A DNA stretch of 64,000 nt from contig JAOAGR010000004.1 in NCBI GenBank assembly GCA_026415655.1, positions 43-64,042 of the forward strand. Direction: 5' to 3'. The notes under the pieces were generated by a model that saw nothing but the letters and a program-made list of their open reading frames with translations, did not search any database and was not told the DNA's origin. The number at the start of each line of letters is the position of its first letter. Positions within the stretch are counted from its first letter, which is position 1. The stretch comes from Candidatus Dojkabacteria bacterium. GTDB taxonomy: Bacteria > Patescibacteriota > Dojkabacteria > JAOAGR01. Below are positions 53,751-61,829 of the stretch, piece after piece. A program made the position numbers and the translations under genes.

Positions 53751-54899
53751 CTAATTATTTGCCAGTGGTGTAATTAGATGCTGGAAATTTTCGTTTTCTT
53801 CTTCTTTAAATATGAACAATTCTGAACCTAATCTTGGATGTTTTACTACATCGATTATTACATTTTCAGTATTTATATGGTCTAGGATTTCAATAATTCC
53901 CTTTGGTTTGAAATATATATCTAGGTTTTCATTATCCTCTAACTTTTCAATTTCAAGTTCCATTTCATATTCACCTGTATCAGGAACCCTTGCACTAATT
54001 TTGATTTTGTTACTACCTACTTCTGTATAAAAATTCAACCGTACAGTATCCTCCTGTCTTCCAAAAACATTTGATATTTTTACTGCATTTCTTAATTCGT
54101 CTACATTAATTTTATACGTATTTATGACTTGATCGGGTATCAAACTCTTATAATTTGGAAATTCTCCATCTATTACTCCAGAACTTACTTCATTTTTACC
54201 AATTTTAAAAATTAATTGTCTATTTTCAGTTAAATAAACTTGAATATTATTCACATCATCATTGTCTTGCATTATTCTATAGACATTTTCTAATGTGGAA
54301 AAATGTATAATCGGATTAAAATTGTCTTTAGCACTTATGGAATTGGGTACAAATGAATATTTAGACAATCTAAATCTGTCAGATGAAACAAGATTTATAC
54401 GTTCATTGTCATACTCAAAAAATACTCCTGAAAAAACTGGTTGAGAAATACCTGTCCTATCAAGTGCAAATAAAGTTTTTGATAATCCTTCAGAAAATTG
54501 GTTAACGTCAAATTCATAAAGTAAAATGCTGTTTGCATCTAATTGTGAAATAATAGGAAATTCATCAAAATCAATAATAGGGAATTTGGATTTAACTTTT
54601 CCACAAGAAACTACAAGTTCATTTCCATCTTTATATAGTTTAACATTTTCATCTGGTAAAAATGACACAAATTCTGTGAACATCTTTGCATTTACAGTCA
54701 ACTTACCTTTCTCTTCTATATCTGCACCAATATACGTTGTTATTGCAATCTCTAGATCGGTAGCATATATCTTTAAAACTCCATCTTTTGCTTCGATAGC
54801 CAGATTACGAAGTACATCCAGTGTGGGTTTCGAACTGACTGCTTTTATGACTGTAGATAGAGACTTTTGTAATATTGATTTATTTACTTCTAGTTTCAT
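53751..54899 (-). CDS. dnaN: DNA polymerase III beta sliding clamp
   Basis: ATDLEI, DEFP, SDRFRL, IDGEFPNY; start placed at ATG 54899. Confidence 0.95.
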   Translation of the reverse strand: MKLEVNKSILQKSLSTVIKAVSSKPTLDVLRNLAIEAKDGVLKIYATDLEIAITTYIGADIEEKGKLTVNAKMFTEFVSFLPDENVKLYKDGNELVVSCGKVKSKFPIIDFDEFPIISQLDANSILLYEFDVNQFSEGLSKTLFALDRTGISQPVFSGVFFEYDNERINLVSSDRFRLSKYSFVPNSISAKDNFNPIIHFSTLENVYRIMQDNDDVNNIQVYLTENRQLIFKIGKNEVSSGVIDGEFPNYKSLIPDQVINTYKINVDELRNAVKISNVFGRQEDTVRLNFYTEVGSNKIKISARVPDTGEYEMELEIEKLEDNENLDIYFKPKGIIEILDHINTENVIIDVVKHPRLGSELFIFKEEENENFQHLITPLANN

Positions 54900-54914
54900 A
54901 TCATGATTATACAT

Positions 54915-55287
54915 TAATCACACATTTATCAATAATATTTCACAAATAAACGTATATGTCGAAAAATTATTAAATATACTATCAGTTTTCCATATATATT
55001 AGTCCCCATATAAAAATAAATTTAGAGATATTCTTTTTAGGATAAATAAAATTAATGTGAGTTTTTATATCAGTATGCATAATTAAATTCGTTTTTTTTT
55101 ACACACTTTAAATATTTATAAATAAATAAAACTTGAAAAGTAATTAATCTAACACCAAATACTTTTCCACAAAAATTTAACATCAATTGACTAAGTTATA
55201 AACTATAAAAATTAAAATTATCCACTTTTCCATACCACCTACTATTTTTTCTATTATATTTTTTAATACAATAGAATAATTAGAAAT
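54915..55287. other. Probable chromosomal replication origin (oriC)
   Basis: AT-rich intergenic region beside dnaN; DnaA boxes TTTTACACA (55097) and TTTTCCACA (55163); tandem TTATCCACT/TTTTCCATA (55218-55234) followed by CCAC and CTACTA..CTATTA trios; visible strand-composition switch. Confidence 0.72.
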
Positions 55288-56082
55288 ATGAGTTTTAAAA
55301 TTTTTACAAATAAAAAGTTTGCAAGATCAGTTTTTTATGGATTTATACAATCTTTTTTACTGTTTTATATTTTGGAAATTTTTAGGTTTACTCACAATTA
55401 TTTATTAGTTTCATTGATAGTTTTAATCAATATGGTTGAGTTTTATTTTACTTCTAGATTTTTAAAATATTACAATATATTTAAACATAGAAAATTTTTG
55501 GTTGAACATGTGGTTTATACTATATTTGCATTTTTAGGAATAAGTTTTTTTATTCTTAGTATCGAAATCTATTTTATTAATCTGCTTTTTATTATATTAA
55601 ATTCTCTTATATATTCTTCTTATTTATATTTTTTAATTAATCAAAGAGAAAAAAGTCTACATTTTGGAGATATGACATTTCATCCGATGCATAGCATTGA
55701 GGTAATTTATAAATTCTGGAGTCTATACATGATATTTTTAGGTCTTAGTTCATTTGTAAATAAGAATTATTCTAGTCTGGATTTTTATTTTTTTATTGCA
55801 TATTGTATAACTTTTATTTATTTTTTGATAAGATTATATAGAGAAAATAGACTGGATTATATAAATATTTTTTTGTCTGCTGTGACAGTAATTTTTTTAA
55901 TATTTGTTTTTATCAACCTTTTTACAAAAAATTTAATACTAAATACCATAATAGAGTTTGTTCTTTTTGTATTTTCTTATATTTTATTTTTTGCGTTTAT
56001 ACATAAAAAATTAAATATAGACTTGTTTTTGCAGCTATATACCTTACTTTTATTGATTTCATTATTAATTTTTACTATATAA
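55288..56082 (+). CDS. Hypothetical polytopic membrane protein
   Basis: Many hydrophobic segments; no recognisable motif. Confidence 0.65.
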   Translation: MSFKIFTNKKFARSVFYGFIQSFLLFYILEIFRFTHNYLLVSLIVLINMVEFYFTSRFLKYYNIFKHRKFLVEHVVYTIFAFLGISFFILSIEIYFINLLFIILNSLIYSSYLYFLINQREKSLHFGDMTFHPMHSIEVIYKFWSLYMIFLGLSSFVNKNYSSLDFYFFIAYCITFIYFLIRLYRENRLDYINIFLSAVTVIFLIFVFINLFTKNLILNTIIEFVLFVFSYILFFAFIHKKLNIDLFLQLYTLLLLISLLIFTI

Positions 56083-57842
56083 TGAGGGTGAAAAAATACA
56101 TTTTTTTATTTTTGTTTATATTTTTTTGTCTTTTTTGTGTAGCTAGATTTAATACAGTGATTGCAAATAATGAATATTCCCACGAAGCGGTTGCATACTA
56201 CAACGTCAAAGATGATAAAAATGTAGAACTACGTATAGATGTTAAAACAATTAATTTGAAGGAAAATGCATTGATTCGATTATTTCGTCTTGAGGTGCCT
56301 TTTGAACCAAAAAACATCAGTGTGGAATCAAAGGATGTAGTAGTAAAAATAATAGATTTAATAAAAAATGAAAATAATAATTATGAAATTGCTATTGAGT
56401 TTACACATGGACTAATTGGATTAAATGCTGGATTTGATTGGAGTATAAGTATGAATATTGGGTCAGCTTTTTATGAGCATGGATCACAATATGCACTGAT
56501 TATACCGAATTTTGATTTAAATAATTCTTTTGATAATTTTGAAATAAATATCAGTGTTCCTCTTAAGTTTGGAAAACTCGCACATTTTTTTACAAAAAGT
56601 TATTTGGTTAACACGGAGAACGAATATACAAAAATAAAAATTACAAAAGAGATTGTAAATACTAAAAATATTGTTGCTTTATTTGGAGATCGGCAAAATT
56701 ATTCTTTTTATTATAAAAGTGAATTATCAGATTTAAAATTTTCTTTACCAGTAGAAAATTCTTATCAAAGTGTAATTTATACAAAATTTCCAGTATTTGA
56801 AAATAATAAAATAGATGATTATGAAAATATAACTTTAATGCAAAATGAAGAGATAGAAGGATATATTTTAACGTCATCGGCTTATGACATGGTTTTTGAA
56901 AAAGTAGATCCTATCAGAACGCGCAATAATCAAGAAATTTTAGCAAAAAATGATCTTGTAGATATCGAAAAAGTACTGGAAAAACTTTACAATTCATTAG
57001 AGCTGATAGATATCAATATCACTGCTAATACAGATATTCTTTCAAAAACTTTTCGAGAGCAATATGAAGAAAATAAGGTAAATCCTTTTATATTAAATTT
57101 TATATTTCGCGATGAGATGGAAAAATTAGGGTATACAACTCGAGGTAGCTATGGTTTTGTTTATCCAATAACACCATTTCGTGAAGAAGAGATAAAAGTA
57201 ATACCGTATATTTGGAGTGAAGTTTGGGTACAAGATCGATGGGTGAGCGTAAATCCCGTATGGTATTTTACATCTGAGGGGAGTTATTATATTGATAGAT
57301 TAACATATACTCATATTAAATTTGGTGATTTTAGGGTATGGGAAAATAATGTACGTAATTTCTTTTTGATTGCGGATAAAATACGTATTTTACCTATTGG
57401 AGAGATAAATAATAAAAATGATAAATCTTTTGAATATCAGATTACTGAAGATAAAATAAGTAAAAATCATTTTATCGTGAGTATAAAAAATCTTTCAGGA
57501 AAAATTTATAAAAATTTAAATCTACATATCAGGCTTGGAGATAGAACATTCGAATTTGGCAATGTTTCCATGTTTCCTTTTCAATCTGTAAAAAGAATGA
57601 TAAACATACAAGAAATCATATACCAAGAAAGATTTGAATCTGTAAGTATAGAATTAAAAGATGCTTATTCTAAAGATAAAATTTTAGATACCTATCAGGA
57701 AAATATCAAAATAAAACCAAATTTCTATTTCTTAATAACGCTAGTTTTTTATTTATTTATAAATATATTGTTTTTAATTACCTTTTTGATGGTTATATTT
57801 TATGTGCCAAAAATTAACAAAAGTTATGATTTTGCATTATGA
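56082..57842 (+). CDS. Transglutaminase-like domain membrane protein, catalytic triad apparently lost
   Basis: G..TR...G...YIWSEV....W..VNP.W aligns by eye with the HAW.E...W..VDPTW pattern; N- and C-terminal TMs. Confidence 0.6.
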   Translation: MRVKKYIFLFLFIFFCLFCVARFNTVIANNEYSHEAVAYYNVKDDKNVELRIDVKTINLKENALIRLFRLEVPFEPKNISVESKDVVVKIIDLIKNENNNYEIAIEFTHGLIGLNAGFDWSISMNIGSAFYEHGSQYALIIPNFDLNNSFDNFEINISVPLKFGKLAHFFTKSYLVNTENEYTKIKITKEIVNTKNIVALFGDRQNYSFYYKSELSDLKFSLPVENSYQSVIYTKFPVFENNKIDDYENITLMQNEEIEGYILTSSAYDMVFEKVDPIRTRNNQEILAKNDLVDIEKVLEKLYNSLELIDINITANTDILSKTFREQYEENKVNPFILNFIFRDEMEKLGYTTRGSYGFVYPITPFREEEIKVIPYIWSEVWVQDRWVSVNPVWYFTSEGSYYIDRLTYTHIKFGDFRVWENNVRNFFLIADKIRILPIGEINNKNDKSFEYQITEDKISKNHFIVSIKNLSGKIYKNLNLHIRLGDRTFEFGNVSMFPFQSVKRMINIQEIIYQERFESVSIELKDAYSKDKILDTYQENIKIKPNFYFLITLVFYLFINILFLITFLMVIFYVPKINKSYDFAL

Positions 57843-57926
57843 ATTATTATTAGTGTTATGTTGTAATAAATTATAGAATTTTGGAAGTAGTATTTATGTC
57901 TAGGTATTTGTCTTATTTCAGTGCTT

Positions 57927-59762
57927 TTATAGTTTTTTAATTATTACCTTCTTAGGTTTACTTGAGTATGTATTTATTATTTTTGCATGTTTTTTTAGTA
58001 ATTTATAAATTTTATCTGGATTAAAGTAATATTCCTTCAATAAATTATCCCATTCTTTAGATATATTTTCGTTGCTTGGCATAGTTATGACTTGATTTTT
58101 TTTGTCTTTTAATGTCTCCTTGAATTTTGTATACAGATTAAAAGATATAATGTCCTTTAATCGACTAATTCTATCTATATCAACTTTTACATCTTTAAAA
58201 ATATGATATTTTTTAGACAATTTTTCTAATATTTCTCTATATTTTTTAATTAGAATACTTTCATAGATGAATTTAGATATTATTGGCCATCCTTTTAGTG
58301 CTATTTTTTGCATATTTTTTATTTTTGATAACTCTTTTTTTAATTCATCATAAAATTGGAAGTTTTTAATGTTGAAAAAATGTTTGCTAAATAGAATGTC
58401 GTTGGAAATGTATTGATATAGATCGCCAAAAATTATCACATTATTTTTTTTGTTTCCAGAGAAAATATGATAAGAGATGAATTTTTGTTCTGTTAGTTCT
58501 AGTGACTCATATTTTGTATATTCATCATTCTTTTTTACTATTTCGTTTATTGCTTGTATATCTACGACAGATACCTGATAACCCACATCATCTACGATAT
58601 TTAAGTTATCTATGTATGAATTAGGGATACCTATATAATCAGAGATGATGAATATCCCGTTTTTTTCTAAACACTCTATTGTTTTTATAAAAATAGCCAG
58701 CAACGTCGTTGATACCTGATAAATATCTCCTTCTACTGGTGTAAGAGTATCAATAAGTTCTGATATTATTTTATTTTGATATGGTGTCCAAATTGATTCT
58801 TTTGCAATGTATTTAAATTTATCCTTCTCTACTTTTGGATTTAAAGGATTTTGTATTTTTGCTATCTCTTTTAGTGACTCTGATAATGGTGTTTTCTTGA
58901 GATAAGATAATCGCGTCTTTTTAGAATAATAAATATTTGAATACTTTAATACTACATCACTGGGCAGAAATCCAAATAAATATTCATAATAGATCAAATC
59001 ATATCTGCGTGTTGTATTAACACTGTAGTCTAGAATATAAACAGTTTCTAGGTTGATTTTTACGTTATTTGATTCATAAGATTTTATATTTGAGATTACT
59101 TCTTTTTTTGTTGAGTAAAATTTGAACTTGAATAAAACTATATCTATTTGCAATGTTTTTGATCCAATTTCTGTACTTATATTTTTGATATTTTCCAAAA
59201 TTTTAAAAAGGCCTGTTGTGTTCCAAGCTTTAAATACCAAAAGAATATTTATGTTTGATTTATTTATGTTGTATATTTTTTCGGATAAGATTTTATAAAA
59301 TATATCGCTGTGATAGTTTGTATCTTCATCTTTTTTTTGGACTCTGCTTATTAAATTGTTTATAAATGTCTTAGCATTATCCGGTTCGCTCAAATCTGTA
59401 AATTCGGTAATTGAAAATTTTGTTTTAATTGTTAGTACATTTAATAAAGCATCAAATGATATCTTCGAATATGAAAACATTGAGAGTTTTAATGAATACA
59501 ATACATCAATATACATATCATCAATATAAAAATTGCTAAATCTTGACGGATCCGTACCTAGCCAGTTATTCATGTTTTGTATCAAAATAACTTTTTGTTT
59601 TTCGAATGGGCTTCTCCAAAAGTCTTCGTTATAAATGATTGCAGGATAAAATCTAGTAGTGGAAATATCTTCTGATATCTCTTCGTAAATTTTAAGAAGT
59701 TTTTTAAATCTATGTATAACAACACTTAGCTCTAATTCTCTAGAAAATGTAAAGTTGTTCAT
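57927..59762 (-). CDS. Hypothetical protein, possibly a degenerate SAM-methyltransferase (MidA-like) fold
   Basis: 611-aa ORF; weak YEYLFGFLPSD and GIFIISDY similarity. Confidence 0.5.
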   Translation of the reverse strand: MNNFTFSRELELSVVIHRFKKLLKIYEEISEDISTTRFYPAIIYNEDFWRSPFEKQKVILIQNMNNWLGTDPSRFSNFYIDDMYIDVLYSLKLSMFSYSKISFDALLNVLTIKTKFSITEFTDLSEPDNAKTFINNLISRVQKKDEDTNYHSDIFYKILSEKIYNINKSNINILLVFKAWNTTGLFKILENIKNISTEIGSKTLQIDIVLFKFKFYSTKKEVISNIKSYESNNVKINLETVYILDYSVNTTRRYDLIYYEYLFGFLPSDVVLKYSNIYYSKKTRLSYLKKTPLSESLKEIAKIQNPLNPKVEKDKFKYIAKESIWTPYQNKIISELIDTLTPVEGDIYQVSTTLLAIFIKTIECLEKNGIFIISDYIGIPNSYIDNLNIVDDVGYQVSVVDIQAINEIVKKNDEYTKYESLELTEQKFISYHIFSGNKKNNVIIFGDLYQYISNDILFSKHFFNIKNFQFYDELKKELSKIKNMQKIALKGWPIISKFIYESILIKKYREILEKLSKKYHIFKDVKVDIDRISRLKDIISFNLYTKFKETLKDKKNQVITMPSNENISKEWDNLLKEYYFNPDKIYKLLKKHAKIINTYSSKPKKVIIKKL

Positions 59763-59844
59763 TTGTATAATATATCAAATAAACTATAAAGATGCCTCAT
59801 AAATTTTTTAGATTTGGTATTGATATGGTATCATTAGATACGTA

Positions 59845-59921
59845 CGGGGAGTAGTTCAGTTGGCTAGAACGCTTGGTTTGGGACCAAGAGGTCGGAGGTT
59901 CAAGTCCTCTCTCCCCGACCA
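59845..59921 (+). tRNA. tRNA-Pro(TGG)
   Basis: CGGGGAG/CTCCCCG acceptor, CTTGG-TTTGGGA-CCAAG anticodon arm, TTCAAGT T-loop, encoded CCA. Confidence 0.97.
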
Positions 59922-59934
59922 AGACTTGTATGTT

Positions 59935-61827
59935 TCAGAAAACAATCTTTATATCTTCCTTGTAATTTTGTAATGTGGCATTTAAGCTTGCTGTCCAACC
60001 GTCTATAAACACTTTACCTCTTTTAATACATTCAGCAAATTGTTCTTTACTTACCTTATCACTATTGGTTATATAGTAATTATCCCCAACTTTGTAAACG
60101 CAATCTTTTACAACTTCTTCGGGTGTTTGTGTTGGTTCGTCTAATCCTACAGTGAAAATCATGTTGTAGATACGACTTAAAGGATCAAGATTGATTTCGG
60201 GATACTTTATTTTTCCGTCTTCTGCTAATTCTAATCTTGGAGCGTCTACGGTATCAAATACCTTGAAACCAATATCAGGTGTTTTCTTTTTATTTTCATC
60301 AAAAAAGCCTTCTTTGTTATTCTCTTCTTCAATTTCTTTTTTAATCTTTTCTCCCGCCCTTTTTAATCTTTCAATAGTGATGCTTGAGATAACTGGCGGT
60401 AGATTGTTTTCTATACAAAACTGATAAGCTGGTTTATCTTCTTTTATTGGCTCATCTATTTGTACAAGTATAAATTTTCTATTGCACTCATCTTCGGCAT
60501 TTAATCTCATCACTGCTTCACCTGTTGTGCCACTGCCTGCGAAAAAGTCAAGGACGAGGTCAGAAGAGGAAGTCGAAATTTCAACAAGAAATTTAATATA
60601 TTCTTTAGGTTTAGAATAGTTAAAAACAGGATACCCAAATAATTCGTCTATATACTTATTTGATTGCGTCGTAGAATATTTAGAAATTACCCCCAAAGGT
60701 TTGATTGATCTTGGTTTAATATTGCCATCACTATCACAATTTAAGTATTGTTTTGTATATACCGCCCAATTATTATTTTTGTCTTTTTTTATTACTACAA
60801 AACCATTTTTTATTCCCCATTCTAATTTTTCTTTACTCCATCTCCAACGAGAAATTTTTTCATTATTTTTATTAGGAATAATTTTAGTTCCATCCGGTGC
60901 TTCAATTGGATAATCTAGAGATTCAACATAACCCAAACTAGCACTATCCAATTTAATAAGTTGATATTTTCCTCTTTCCTTTTCATATTCATCGCTTAAT
61001 TTATACCTTTCTACATCCTCAACACTCAAACCAGAAATTTCAAATTTTTCTTTATTCTTTGCATAAACTAAAAGATATTCATGCTTAATCCTAAAGTGTT
61101 TACTATCAGAGCTACCTCCACCTTATTTATTTTCCCATACTAATTTCGCCACAAAATTTTCTTCCCCAAAAATCTCATCACAAAGTAATTTCAAGTTTGC
61201 TTGCTCATTATCATCAATACTAATAAAAATCACTCCATCATCGCTGAGTAAATCTCGTGCTAATAAAAGTCGTGGATACATAAATGCAAGCCAGCCGCTA
61301 TGGCTTTTCTTCGTCTTAAAAGTAAACACCATCCTTGCAAAATCATCATCGCTTAGATTAGCAAGTCCCAACACTTCAGATTCTTCTTTATCAAATTTAT
61401 CAGGATAAACAAAGTCGTCATTGCCAGTATTGTATGGCGGATCTATGTATATGCATTTTATCTTTCCACTGTAATAATTTTTGAGTATTTTCAGACAATC
61501 TAGATTATCCCCTTTTAATACAAGATTTTGAGTTGTGTCAAAATTTTTACTCATTTCTGTATTTACTTTTAATTCTTTATTTGTCTTTTGTGCATACCTT
61601 GCTCTCGCTACATTCCTGCCAACAAAATTTAACCCATATCCATTTACTTTTTCATCGACAGGCAAGCCTACTGCTGTTTTTAGTTCTTGTACATTGATTT
61701 CGTTATCTTTAATAATATTTGGATAATGTTCTTTCAAAAACTTGATAAGCTTATTTTCTTCTTTATCATTATCTGAGCTTAATACTGTGAATCCTGCATT
61801 AATAAATTCTTGTATTGTTTTATCCAT
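59935..61827 (-). pseudogene. mod: Type III R-M Mod methyltransferase with in-frame TAA (61123-61125)
   Basis: IYIDPPYNTG and DFFAGSGTT; VWENK*GGGSSDSKHFRIKHEYLLVYAK is continuous in frame. Confidence 0.9.
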
Positions 61828-61829
61828 AA

